Below, piece by piece: positions 45,978 through 55,309 of a stretch of 64,000 bases of DNA; within the stretch, counting starts at the first letter, position 1, and the number at the start of each line of letters is the position of its first letter. Source of the DNA: an uncultured Spirochaetota bacterium (GTDB taxonomy: Bacteria; Spirochaetota; Spirochaetia; SZUA-6; Fen-1364). The translations under genes and the position numbers were made by a program. Location: contig CAVYIU010000007.1 in assembly GCA_963768665.1 (NCBI GenBank), positions 391,308 to 455,307 of the forward strand. The letters run 5' to 3'. Under the pieces are notes generated by a model, which saw only the letters and a list, made by a program, of their open reading frames with translations, ran no database searches and had not been told where the DNA came from.

Positions 45978-47438
45978 CTATCCCTGCGGTTCCCGCAGCC
46001 GCGCGAGCGCCTTCCCCAGGCGCCTGATACCCTCGTCGATCCTCTCCGGCGGCTGCACCACGAAGTTGAGACGCAGCTTGTCTCGCCCGCCGTCACCGTC
46101 CACGTAGAAGCTGCTGCCCGGCACGAACTCCACCCCCTCCTCCATCGCGTGTGCGAGAAGCCCGTCAGCCGACAGGTTGTCGGGAAGCTGGAGCCAGGCG
46201 AAGAGACCGCCCTGGGGCGGGCTGCAATGGACGTCGGCGGGGAGATGCGTCTCGATGGCCGTCACCATCGCGTCACGGCGTTTGCGGAAGACCTGGCAGG
46301 AACGGTGCAGGTGGGCCTGGTACCTGCCCACCGTCACGTACGATTCGAGTGCCCGCTGCACGAGGGTGGACGTTGCGAGGTCGCTGACGCGCTTGAACCG
46401 CACGAGGCTGTCATAGACGGGACCATCGGCGAGCAGGAACCCGACCCGCAGCCCCGGCATCAGCATCTTGGAGAACGTGCTCACGTAGATGACACGGCCG
46501 CCGGGGTCCAGCGCCTTCAAGGCGGGCTGCGCGCGGCCGTCGTACCGCAGGTCGCCGACGAAGTCGTCCTCCAGGATCGGGACGTTGTACCTGTCGGCCA
46601 GCGCGATGAGCTGCCGGCGCCTCGCGCCGATGAGGCAGGTGCCCGTGGGGTTGTGGAAATTGGGAATGGTATAGATCAGCCGGGGATGGTGCTGCTGGAG
46701 CAGTCTCTCCAGGAGATCGACCTGCATGCCCTGCTCGTCCACGGGCACCCCCACCACCTTGAACCCCAGCGCCCGGAAGAGATCGAGGGCACCCGAGTAC
46801 GTCGGGCTCTCCACGACGATGGTATCTCCGGCGCTGAGGAGCAGCTGCGCCACGAGCGAGATTGCCTGCTGGGAGCCGGCCGTGACGAGGACGCTCTCCG
46901 GGCGTGCCTGCAGCCCCTGGCTCGCGAGCACGTGGGCGATGGTGGCGCGCAGCGGCGCATATCCGTTGCGCTCGCCGTAGTCCAGCGCGGTGATGCCGTC
47001 ACGGCGCATGACAGCCTGCAGGACGCGGCGGAACTCCTCGGCGGGATAGAGCCGGGCGTCGCTCACTCCCCCGGCAAAGCTGATGGGGTCGGGGTGCGCG
47101 TCAATGCGGCGCTTGTCGTCCACGGGGGGCTTCGGGAGAGACTGCTGCCAGAGCGGCCAGGTGACATCCCTGCCGTCGGGTGGAGGGACAAGCTCCGTCT
47201 CGGGTGCAAGGACGTAGGTCCCGCTCCCGACGCGTGACGTGAGCAGGCCGTCCGCTTCGAGGCAGCCATACGCGCTTTCCACGGTCATGCGGTTCACGCC
47301 CAGGTCCTCGGCGAGCTTCCGACTGGCCGGCAGCCGCGTGTCCGGAGCCAGGATTCCGGTGAGGATCGCCTTCCTCAGGTAGAACTCGATCTGTCGATAC
47401 AGCGGCGCCGCGGCCTGGTGATCCAGTGGAATGCGCAT
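45978..47438 (-). CDS. pdxR: MocR/GabR-family regulator (GntR HTH fused to an aminotransferase-like domain); by context, PdxR
   Basis: 486 aa from ATG 47438, with RBS GAGGAGGAAGCGA. The HTH region is [42 protein letters not shown]. The fold-type-I PLP domain includes YVSTFSKML. The gene is divergent from pdxS-pdxT. Confidence 0.82.
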   Translation of the reverse strand: MRIPLDHQAAAPLYRQIEFYLRKAILTGILAPDTRLPASRKLAEDLGVNRMTVESAYGCLEADGLLTSRVGSGTYVLAPETELVPPPDGRDVTWPLWQQSLPKPPVDDKRRIDAHPDPISFAGGVSDARLYPAEEFRRVLQAVMRRDGITALDYGERNGYAPLRATIAHVLASQGLQARPESVLVTAGSQQAISLVAQLLLSAGDTIVVESPTYSGALDLFRALGFKVVGVPVDEQGMQVDLLERLLQQHHPRLIYTIPNFHNPTGTCLIGARRRQLIALADRYNVPILEDDFVGDLRYDGRAQPALKALDPGGRVIYVSTFSKMLMPGLRVGFLLADGPVYDSLVRFKRVSDLATSTLVQRALESYVTVGRYQAHLHRSCQVFRKRRDAMVTAIETHLPADVHCSPPQGGLFAWLQLPDNLSADGLLAHAMEEGVEFVPGSSFYVDGDGGRDKLRLNFVVQPPERIDEGIRRLGKALARLREPQG

Positions 47439-47494
47439 TCGCTTCCTCCTCGCGTAATGGTATGTATAATTTACTGTTTTTCGGCGGGAGTCGC

Positions 47495-47594
47495 AGGTCC
47501 AATCGGCCCAAAAAACCGGTATTCCACTTGTATTGGATCGGTAGTCTTTCCCATTCATTGGACCTTTTCGCATGTCAATTTTCAATGGAATTTC
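47495..47594. promoter_or_regulatory. cluster of ATTGGA-type repeats in the pdxR-pdxS intergenic region (candidate PdxR operator)
   Basis: AGGTCCAAT (47495-47503) and ATTGGACCT (47557-47565) form a 9-nt inverted pair. Additional copies are ATTGGA (47532-47537), TGGAAT on the minus strand (47521-47526) and AATGGAAT (47584-47591). A TATAAT box lies at 47465-47470. Confidence 0.4.
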
Positions 47595-47599
47595 CTTGC

Positions 47600-48487
47600 A
47601 TGGACACACACACGGGGACTTCGACCGTCAAGAGGGGATTGGCGCAGATGCTGAAAGGCGGCGTCATCATGGATGTTGTGACACCGGAGCACGCGAGGAT
47701 CGCGGAGGACGCGGGCGCCTGTGCCGTCATGGCGCTGGAGCGCGTGCCTGCCGACATCCGCGCGCAGGGGGGTGTGGCCCGGATGTCCGACCCGGACCTC
47801 ATCCTCAAGATCATGGAGGCGGTCACGATACCGGTCATGGCCAAGTGCCGCATAGGCCACTTCGTGGAGGCGAGGATCCTCGAGGCCATCGGCATCGACT
47901 ATATCGACGAGTCCGAGGTGCTCACGCCCGCGGACGATGCGAATCATATCGACAAGCATCTCTTCAAGGTGCCGTTCGTCTGCGGCTGCCGGAACCTCGG
48001 GGAGGCGTTGCGCAGGATCGGCGAGGGCGCGGCCATGGTCCGCACGAAGGGTGAGGCCGGCACCGGCGACGTGGTGGAAGCGGTGCGCCACGCGCGCGCC
48101 GTCATGGGCGCGATCCGGCGCCTGGCAACGATGGCCGACGAGGAGCTCATGGCATTCGCCAAGGAGATCGGCGCGCCCTACGATCTGGTGAAGGAGACGA
48201 AGGAACTCGGCCGCATGCCCGTGGTGAACTTCGCCGCGGGGGGCGTGGCAACGCCGGCAGACGCGGCGCTCATGATGCAGCTCGGCGTGGACGGCGTATT
48301 CGTCGGCTCCGGCATCTTCAAGTCGGGGGACCCGGCGAGGCGCGCGGCGGCCATCGTCAAGGCTGTCACCCATCATGACGACGCGGCGATCCTTGCCGAG
48401 GTCAGCAAAAACCTCGGCGAAGCGATGGTCGGCCGAAGCGTCGCGGCCATGCCGGAGGCCGAGAAGATCGCGGTGCGCGGGTGGTGA
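47600..48487 (+). CDS. pdxS: pyridoxal 5'-phosphate synthase, lyase subunit
   Basis: 295 aa from ATG 47600, with [43 protein letters not shown] and FVGSGIFKS. This is unmistakably PdxS. Confidence 0.95.
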   Translation: MDTHTGTSTVKRGLAQMLKGGVIMDVVTPEHARIAEDAGACAVMALERVPADIRAQGGVARMSDPDLILKIMEAVTIPVMAKCRIGHFVEARILEAIGIDYIDESEVLTPADDANHIDKHLFKVPFVCGCRNLGEALRRIGEGAAMVRTKGEAGTGDVVEAVRHARAVMGAIRRLATMADEELMAFAKEIGAPYDLVKETKELGRMPVVNFAAGGVATPADAALMMQLGVDGVFVGSGIFKSGDPARRAAAIVKAVTHHDDAAILAEVSKNLGEAMVGRSVAAMPEAEKIAVRGW

Positions 48488-49095
48488 CGGCGCGGTCAGC
48501 GGGCACCGCGGTGCCGGCGCGGAGGATCGGCGTCCTCGCCGTCCAGGGGGATTTCGCGGAGCACGTCTCCGTGCTCCGCCGGCTTGGCGCAGAGACGGTG
48601 GAGGTCCGCCTGCCCGCCCACCTCGACGGGCTGGACGGCCTCATCATCCCGGGAGGGGAATCGACCACGATCGGGAAGCTGTGCGTGGCGTACGGGCTGG
48701 TGGAGCCGCTGCGGGAGTTCGGCCGGGCACATGCCACGTGGGGCACCTGCGCCGGCGCCATCTTCCTGTCGGCGGACGTCTCGCGCGACCAGCCCCTGCT
48801 CGGCCTGATGGACATCACCGTGGAGCGCAACGCGTTCGGCAGGCAGGCCCAGTCGTTCGAGGCTGACCTCGATGTCGGGGCGCTCAACGGGCACGCGGCC
48901 GGCGGCGGGCCGTTCCACGCCGTCTTCATCCGCGCGCCCGTCATCGAGCAGGTGCGGGGAGCCGCGCGCGTTCTCTGCGCGCTGCCGGACGGCCGCATCG
49001 TCGCCGCCGTGCAGGGCCGGTTGCTCGCGACGAGCTTCCACCCCGAGCTGACCGCCGACGACAGGTTTCACCGGTACTTTCTTTCGTTGTGCTGA
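48481..49095 (+). CDS. pdxT: pyridoxal 5'-phosphate synthase, glutaminase subunit
   Basis: [20 protein letters not shown], the catalytic GTCAG, and FHPELT. A more conventional start is GTG 48511 ([13 protein letters not shown]). Confidence 0.92.
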   Translation: MVTARSAGTAVPARRIGVLAVQGDFAEHVSVLRRLGAETVEVRLPAHLDGLDGLIIPGGESTTIGKLCVAYGLVEPLREFGRAHATWGTCAGAIFLSADVSRDQPLLGLMDITVERNAFGRQAQSFEADLDVGALNGHAAGGGPFHAVFIRAPVIEQVRGAARVLCALPDGRIVAAVQGRLLATSFHPELTADDRFHRYFLSLC

Positions 49096-49098
49096 GGT
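49022..49098 (+). repeat. 77-bp direct repeat, copy 1 (functional 3' end of pdxT)
   Basis: Identical to 50239-50315 except at 49042 (C here, G there). It covers the last 24 codons of pdxT including the stop, plus 3 nt. Confidence 0.92.
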
Positions 49099-49225
49099 TC
49101 GTCGGGGCCTGCCGGGTTGTCGTCGGCCTAAGGAGCGTTGGGCTCCGCAGCACAGCACTCCGGCGCACAAAACGACAAACTGGTACGAGACCACTGCCAA
49201 CCGCGATGCGAAACCGCGACTGAAC

Positions 49226-49627
49226 TTAGTCGTCCCTCTCCATAAAGGACGTCATTGCGGCAACTGCACGAGCGGCGATCTCGACGCCGGCTTCCGCTGT
49301 TGATAGATCAGGCTCCGGCGATTCACCGGGATACCGGAACTCACTGGCGTAGATGGAGAGAGAATAGGTGACTGGAACGACATCACGGACAGAGGGCGCT
49401 ATGCTGAGCACAAGCTGTCCGAGTGATTCCAGGTCATGGGTCTTTTGGAGCGGTCTATCCTTGGCGGCCAAGAACCCTTTCAACGCTTTCTCTACCGCCT
49501 GCTGGCAGTGAAACAATGCATCGCTCGTGATCGGCGGAGAGGTGTTCGGATCAGCCCTGGCTGCGCGCAGATCTATGCGCGCCTTGGCGAGCCATGCGGC
49601 AGCCTCAGCTCGCGTTTCCGGATTCAT
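49226..49627 (-). CDS. HEPN domain protein
   Basis: 133 aa with AAAWLAKARIDLRAA, ALFHCQQAVEKALKGFL and ASEFRYPGE. It overlaps the upstream MNT gene by 23 nt. Confidence 0.8.
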   Translation of the reverse strand: MNPETRAEAAAWLAKARIDLRAARADPNTSPPITSDALFHCQQAVEKALKGFLAAKDRPLQKTHDLESLGQLVLSIAPSVRDVVPVTYSLSIYASEFRYPGESPEPDLSTAEAGVEIAARAVAAMTSFMERDD

Positions 49628-49955
49628 GCAGAAGGATCCCCTCGCTGAGAACTGCCGAGGTCAGCGACGAGGCAGCTCGACGAGATGATTCAAACTCCGC
49701 CCGGGTGAGCACAATGATGTCCTTTGCAGCACCGCTTCCGCAGAGCGCCAGGTACGCCTCCTGGTCCCGCCGGTATCGCGGCTTGTTCGATTCTGGGATG
49801 ACGACCAGGAAATCGTAGTCGCTGTCCGGAGTTGCTTGACCTCTTGCCCTCGAGCCGAACAGGTAGACGCGTTCAGGATCAAGGCTGCTCCTGATCCGAG
49901 CCAGCAGCGAAAGGAGAACGGGATCGTTTGCCAGTTCGGTCGTCGCCTGCCTCAT
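49605..49955 (-). CDS. minimal nucleotidyltransferase (MNT), partner of the HEPN protein
   Basis: MRQATTELANDPVLLSLLARIRSSLDPERVYLFGSRARGQATPDSDYDFLVVI carries the GS...DxD motif. An alternative ATG lies at 49988. It sits inside the composite 1100-aa track ORF. Confidence 0.78.
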   Translation of the reverse strand: MRQATTELANDPVLLSLLARIRSSLDPERVYLFGSRARGQATPDSDYDFLVVIPESNKPRYRRDQEAYLALCGSGAAKDIIVLTRAEFESSRRAASSLTSAVLSEGILLHESGNAS

Positions 49956-50238
49956 CTCAACCCAAGGGTAGTCGCAGGCCCACGCCATGTCAATCGAAGT
50001 GAGTGATAGAACAATCGATTCACGGGCGGCGGTGCCGCCGGTCGGGTGGGGTGGCGAGCGCGGAGGCTGGGGCGGCACTCGGGCCGCAGTGAACATCCCC
50101 GGCGAGTTGTTTCTGGCGAATGAATGAACGGTAGGGCGCTTTATACGCACGTGCCTTTTGCGCGGAAGGTTGAGGCGAGAGAGGCGTCCCATTCTGATCA
50201 GGGAAGAGCAGAAGTGAGTGAAGGAAGACTGTACGGCC

Positions 50239-50315
50239 TGCTCGCGACGAGCTTCCACGCCGAGCTGACCGCCGACGACAGGTTTCACCGGTACTTTCTT
50301 TCGTTGTGCTGAGGT
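50239..50315 (+). repeat. 77-bp direct repeat, copy 2 (displaced pdxT 3'-end fragment)
   Basis: See 49022-49098. It encodes ...[24 protein letters not shown], with Ala replacing the conserved Pro. No pdxT body lies upstream of it. Confidence 0.92.
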
Positions 50316-52643
50316 ACCCGTGCGCTGCAACCCCAGCTTTTGCTTCACCGCGATGAAGCGCGGACGGGAGCGGATGCTGTCCAGAACGGGATCCTGGAAG
50401 TTCCACACCAGGTTGAGATCGCCCTCGTCGCATGCTCTTTCTATCCAGTCCAGCGCCTTCCCTGTTTCCCCCATGCCGAGCAAGGGCTCAGCCCTGAAGA
50501 ACGGCGCAATCTCCACGCCTCTCGCGGCGATCTCGTCGATCCTTGCAGCCGCGGCGCGCGCTTCTTCCGTCCTGCCCAGGATCCCGAGCACGTGGCCGAG
50601 GAACGCAAGCGGTTCCATCCCGGTGTCTCCCGCGATCCTCGAGGACTGGGTCAACGTCGTGATCGCCCGCGTGTCGTCCTTCTTTCCGGTGCAGGCCCAT
50701 CCCTCGACCATCAGAGGCATGTGGAAACCAGGCGCCATGTTTTCGGCGACCGTCGCTTCGTCGATCGCCTCGTCGTACTGCCGTGCGTAGTAGAGCCGGG
50801 CGGCAACGTTCAGGCGGTTGATGACGTCCTGGGGGTCGAGGTCCCGCGCCGTTTTGACCTCCGCGATGGCCTCGGCGTGTCGGCCGAGGCTGCTCAGGAG
50901 CGACCCGAACCAGCGATGCGCTTCCGTCGAGCTCGGCGCAAGACGGATGGCCGTGCGGAACTCCCGCTCTGACGCGGCCGGGTTGCGGTCGTAGAGGTAG
51001 TGGACGAATGCCAGGACCGTGTGCGCGGCGGCCGAGGTGGGGTCAAGGGACACGGCCCTGTTCGCCGCTTCGCGGGCGCCCGGAATGGCCTCCCTCGTCG
51101 GGATGACGCCGAATTGATTTGGGCCCCAATAACAGTTGGCCAGCCCGACCCAGGCGGGAGCGAAGCCGGGGTCCCGGGCGACTGCGGCCTTGAAGGTATC
51201 GACGGCACGCTTGAACGATTCGCGGCTCCAGAGGTCCTGCATCTTGAACATTCCGTCGAGACTTGCCTGATAGGCTGCCGGGTCCACGGGACGGCGCGAT
51301 GCAAGGCGGCGCCGTTCGACGGCGGTCAGCCGGACCCTTACCTCCTCGCTGACGTCCGACGCGATCTCCTTCTGCAGCGTGATGACGTCGACCCAGGGCC
51401 GCTCGCAGCTGTCGGCCCACAGGTGCGTGTCCGTCCGGGCATCAATGAGCTGCACGGCGACACGCACCTTGTCGTCCGCTCTCAGCACGGAGCCCTCCAC
51501 GAGGTAGTCGATGCCAAGGTCCCTGCGGATCTCCGCCACGGTCTTCGGGGCATCCGCGTACTGCCTCACCGATTCGTGCGAGGTCACCCGCAGACCGCTT
51601 ATGCCGGCAAGCTCGGTGAGGACCGCCTCCGTCATCCCATACGCGAACCACTCCTGCCCGGGTTGTCCCGAAGAGTCCACGAGCGGGAGAACTGCAATGG
51701 GCGTCGGCGCCGGGGGAGGTTGACGAGTGGACAGGCTGACGGCGCCCGCTGCCGCGAGAACGACGAGAAGGCCGGCAGCCGCGATCAGCCACGGACGCCG
51801 TTTGCCCGCCCTGGCGATGAACGGCCGCCAGGACGCCCGCGGACGGACAGGGGCGGGGAGGGGCGCCCCGTCGGAAGGCGGCGCACGCCGCGGCCTGTCC
51901 CGTATCTGCTGCCACAGCTCGATGGTCTCCTTCTCGGGCTCGCCGCCTGCCTCCTCCCGGAGAGACCGGACGCACGCCTGGTATCGTCGGAGCGCCGCGG
52001 AGCGCTGTCCCGAAACAGCGTACAGCGACATCAGCTGCCGGTGGGCCGGCTCGCACAAGGGATCGAGGGCGAGCCAGCGCCGTCCCGTCGCGAGCGCAGC
52101 GCGAAGATCGCCTGCCAGCTCCTGGAGGGAGCAGAGCATGCGAAGCACGTCGGCGCGTTCCCCGCGGAGCTGCTCGTTTTCGTCACGGATCCAGTCGTCG
52201 AACCCGGGGCTGTCCCCGAGGGAAAACCCGCTCATGAAATCCCCGCTGCCGAGCTCGGACGCCTCCGCGAGCAGCGGAAAGCAGCGGGCGCAGGCTTTCT
52301 GCGGATCGTGGCCATGGGTGCGGGTTTCGGCCAGGAGCGAACGGAAGCGCGCGACATCGACCCATGCCCCGCCGGTGAAGGAGACGGTTGACCTGTCGGC
52401 CTCGACCAGCCCCGGGCCGAGCGCCGTCGTAAGCTGGGAGAGTGACCGGCGCATCTCCGCCCGCGCGCTGACCGGGTCGTTCTCAGGCCAGAGGAGGGCC
52501 GCCACGGCCTCGCGGGCGTGGTTTCCCCTGACAGCCGCCAGGTAGGCGCCGAGGGCCATGGCCTTGCGGCGTCCGATGTCGACGGCCTTGCCGTCGCGCT
52601 CGATCCGGGGAGAGCCGAAAAGCCTGATGCAGATTTCGGACAT
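50316..52643 (-). CDS. membrane-bound SARP-type regulator: winged-helix + BTAD, one TM helix, TolB-N-like domain and TPR repeats; natural stop not identifiable
   Basis: From ATG 52643 (RBS GGAGGG): MSEICIRLFGSPRIERDGKAVDIGRRKAMALGAYLA. BTAD is seen in LALDPLCEPAHRQLMSLYAVSGQRSAALRRYQ, the TM helix in WLIAAAGLLVVLAAAG, and then IAVLPLVDSSG...LRVTS plus more than 6 TPR-like repeats. Family similarity ends at about 50328 (FIAVKQKLGL). The frame has no stop until 49605. Confidence 0.78.
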
Positions 52644-52821
52644 GGCTTCTTTTCCCTCCGCCTTTCTCGCTGGCGCGCCTTGCGCCGGCCGCCTCATTAT
52701 AGCCAGTCCCCCGCACGCCGTAAAAAAAAAATCCCACGGACGTGCAATGCGATAAAAGTGCAACGCGCCGCAGCACGAGCGAGCGACGGCAGATGGCCAC
52801 GATGGTTCCAGGAGGGTACAT

Positions 52822-53559
52822 ATGAAAAAGCTTTCCTGGCTGATCGGCTTTCTGTCGGCAGTGATCATCGCAGGCTGTGCCACCCCGGCGAAGCCGCCCG
52901 CGTTCATCTCGATGGCGGCCCGCTGGCAGCGGGTCCCGAAGGATCTCGCCGCTCCCGTGGTCTATTCGGTCCCCGGCATGGACCAGGCGAAGTACGCCCG
53001 CATCCCGTACAAGCCGGGCTTCTCAATGGACGTGTACTACCCCGCGCACTTCAGCTTCGGAGGAGAGACGCTGCCCGTCGTGGTATTCACCATCGGCTAC
53101 TCCGCGGACACCACCAAGGCGTGGTTCGGCGCCGATCTGAAGGACCTGGGCCAGTACGTGTCCTGGGGGTCTCTCATGGCGGCATCGGGCATGATCGGCA
53201 TCGCCTACCAGACCAATTTCCCCGACGACGACCTCGACGCCGTGCTGGGCTTTGTCCGTGGCCAGGGGAAGCCCTGCGGCATGGACCGTGACCGCATCGG
53301 CATCTTCACCTGCTCAGGGAACACCAACGCGGGGCTCACTGCGCTCACGGAAAAGACAGCCGACTTCCACGCGGGCGTCCGCTGCGGCGTCGTCTACTAC
53401 CCCATCATTGCTTACTTCCAGAACAAGGGAGAGCAGGCCATGCAGGTCCCCTTCCAGCGGGAGCTTCGCCGGGATGTTCCGATCGGGCGGGCGGGGGTCG
53501 AAATCAGCCCGCCCCCGAACGCCCCGTCCCTTATCCCTCGATCTCCGCGTACTGGTTGA
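52822..53559 (+). CDS. lipoprotein, alpha/beta-hydrolase-like
   Basis: Lipobox in MKKLSWLIGFLSAVIIAGC, with RIGIFTCSGNTNAG as a nucleophile-elbow-like segment. Its last 29 nt overlap the convergent ABC gene, so the C-terminus is uncertain. Confidence 0.65.
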   Translation: MKKLSWLIGFLSAVIIAGCATPAKPPAFISMAARWQRVPKDLAAPVVYSVPGMDQAKYARIPYKPGFSMDVYYPAHFSFGGETLPVVVFTIGYSADTTKAWFGADLKDLGQYVSWGSLMAASGMIGIAYQTNFPDDDLDAVLGFVRGQGKPCGMDRDRIGIFTCSGNTNAGLTALTEKTADFHAGVRCGVVYYPIIAYFQNKGEQAMQVPFQRELRRDVPIGRAGVEISPPPNAPSLIPRSPRTG

Positions 53560-55309
53560 CGTTCAGGGCACGGTAGCGCCCGTCCTTCCGCATCAGCTCG
53601 TCGTGCCGGCCGCTTTCCACGATGCGTCCCTGGTCGACCACGAAGATGATGTCGGCGTTCCTGATGGTGGAAAGCCGGTGCGCGATGACGAAGGACGTGC
53701 GGCCCTTCAGGATGCGCCTGATAGCCTGCTGCAGGAGATGCTCGGTCTTCGTGTCGATGCTCGCGGTGGCCTCGTCCAGGACGAGGATCCGCGGGTCCAT
53801 GAGCAGCGTCCGCGCGAAGGACAGGAGCTGCTTCTGCCCCACGGAAAGGTTGTTCCCCGACTCCATGACCGGCGCCTCGTACCCGCCCTCCATCTCCGCG
53901 ATGAACTCGTGCGCGTGCACCGCCCGCGCCGCCTCCTCGATCTCCCGGTCGGTGGCGCCGAGGCGGCCGTAGCGTATGTTGTCCGCAATGGTGCCCGTGA
54001 AGACGAAGGGATCCTGCATCATGACGCCCACCTGGCCACGCAGCGATTCCAGCGTCACGTCCATGATGCTGTGCCCGTCGATGAGGATCTCCCCCTGGCC
54101 GATGTCGTAGAACCGTGACAGGAGGTTGATGATCGTGCTCTTGCCCGCGCCGGTCTGCCCCACCAGGGCAACGGCGGCGCCGGGCTCCACCGAGAAGCTG
54201 ATGCCGCGGAAGACAGGGACAGCGGGGTCGTAGCCGAAATGAACGTCGCGGAACTCCACGCGACCCTGCACCGGCGGGAGGGCGTGGGCGCCGGGACGGT
54301 TCACCGTGGTGGCCGGCGTGTCGAGGTAGTCGAAGACGCGCTCCGCGGCGGCGAGGGCCACGAGGACCTCGTTGTAGAACGTGCTCAAGTCGACGATGGG
54401 ATCCGTGATCATCCAGATGTAGCTGGAGAAGGCGATGAGCGTCCCCAGGCTCGCCCGGCCCATGCCGAGGAACCTGTACCCGAACCAGTAGATAAGCCCG
54501 ATGGACACCGTGTTGAACAGCAGGACCACCGGGAACACGATATTGGAGAGGTTGACCGCCTTCATCCAGGTCGTGTAGTTCTCCGTCAGCTGCGCCTGCA
54601 TGATGCGGGAGTTCTTCTCCTCCCGCACGAAGGCCTGCGTCACCTTCATCCCGATGAAGCTCTCGTGCGCGTACGCGTTGAGGTTCGAGCTCTTGAACTG
54701 GTAGTCGTCCCACGTGCGGTGGATGGCGCCCTTCGCGAGGAACACGAAGAGCACGAGGAAAGGCGTGACGGACAGCGCCACGAGGGAGAGCGACGGGGAG
54801 ATTGCGAACATGAAGCCGAGGATCATGAGGAGCTTGAACACGTCGGCGATGATGTTGACGACGCCGTGCTTGATGAGCTGCTGGAGGCGGTCGACGTAGA
54901 TCATGATGCGGTGGATGATCTTGCCCGCCGGCCGGTCGTCGAAGAACTTGAACGAGAGGCGGTTCACGTGCTGGAAGACCTCGTCGCGCATCTTCTCGAT
55001 GACCTTGTTTCCCATGCGCACCATGACGAGAAGCCTCGTGCGCATGGCCCACGCGCTGGCCGCCAGGATGAGCGCGTAGAAGATGGCGATCTTCACGATG
55101 CCGCCGAAGTCGTGCGCCGGCATGTAGTCGTCGACGGCGAGCTTGACGAGGTACGGCCCGATCTGTGCCGCCACCGCGGCGAGGATGAGGAGCCCGATGG
55201 AGAAGATCACCGTTCCCTTGTGCGGCGCGAGGTAGCGCAGCAGGCGCCAGAGGGTGCCGCTGCTCACCTCCTGCGCCTCCTCGTCCTCGAAGAACTTCCG
55301 GCGCGCCAC
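53531..55309 (-). CDS. ABC exporter, fused permease/ATPase subunit (second half of a heterodimer)
   Basis: 592 aa with six TM helices, Walker A GQTGAGKSTI, signature LSVGQKQL and Walker B ILVLDEATA. The GTG start overlaps the upstream stop (TAGTG). Confidence 0.92.
   Translation of the reverse strand: MARRKFFEDEEAQEVSSGTLWRLLRYLAPHKGTVIFSIGLLILAAVAAQIGPYLVKLAVDDYMPAHDFGGIVKIAIFYALILAASAWAMRTRLLVMVRMGNKVIEKMRDEVFQHVNRLSFKFFDDRPAGKIIHRIMIYVDRLQQLIKHGVVNIIADVFKLLMILGFMFAISPSLSLVALSVTPFLVLFVFLAKGAIHRTWDDYQFKSSNLNAYAHESFIGMKVTQAFVREEKNSRIMQAQLTENYTTWMKAVNLSNIVFPVVLLFNTVSIGLIYWFGYRFLGMGRASLGTLIAFSSYIWMITDPIVDLSTFYNEVLVALAAAERVFDYLDTPATTVNRPGAHALPPVQGRVEFRDVHFGYDPAVPVFRGISFSVEPGAAVALVGQTGAGKSTIINLLSRFYDIGQGEILIDGHSIMDVTLESLRGQVGVMMQDPFVFTGTIADNIRYGRLGATDREIEEAARAVHAHEFIAEMEGGYEAPVMESGNNLSVGQKQLLSFARTLLMDPRILVLDEATASIDTKTEHLLQQAIRRILKGRTSFVIAHRLSTIRNADIIFVVDQGRIVESGRHDELMRKDGRYRALNVNQYAEIEG

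Larger units (their letters stand above)
49099..50238. mobile_element. inserted lower-GC cassette carrying HEPN + MNT (non-autonomous; no recombinase)
   Basis: Bracketed by the 77-bp direct repeat. Hand G+C counts of four 60-nt lines inside give 52-65%, versus 75% for one pdxT line. It contains only the TA-like pair plus about 250 bp of non-coding DNA. Confidence 0.45.

Noticed and set aside
45557-46107. Continuation of the vWA ORF to 46107, overlapping pdxR by 130 nt
   Set aside because: After about 45540 the in-frame text is Arg/Pro-rich nonsense. The +1 frame gives a TM helix and a sensible C-terminus ending at 45871, so a frameshift is the simpler reading.
49605-52907. 1100-aa ORF read as a single giant protein
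   Set aside because: It is a composite. Upstream junk (52644-52907), the BTAD-TPR regulator, an antisense read of the pdxT 3' repeat, non-coding cassette DNA and the MNT gene happen to share a frame with no stop.
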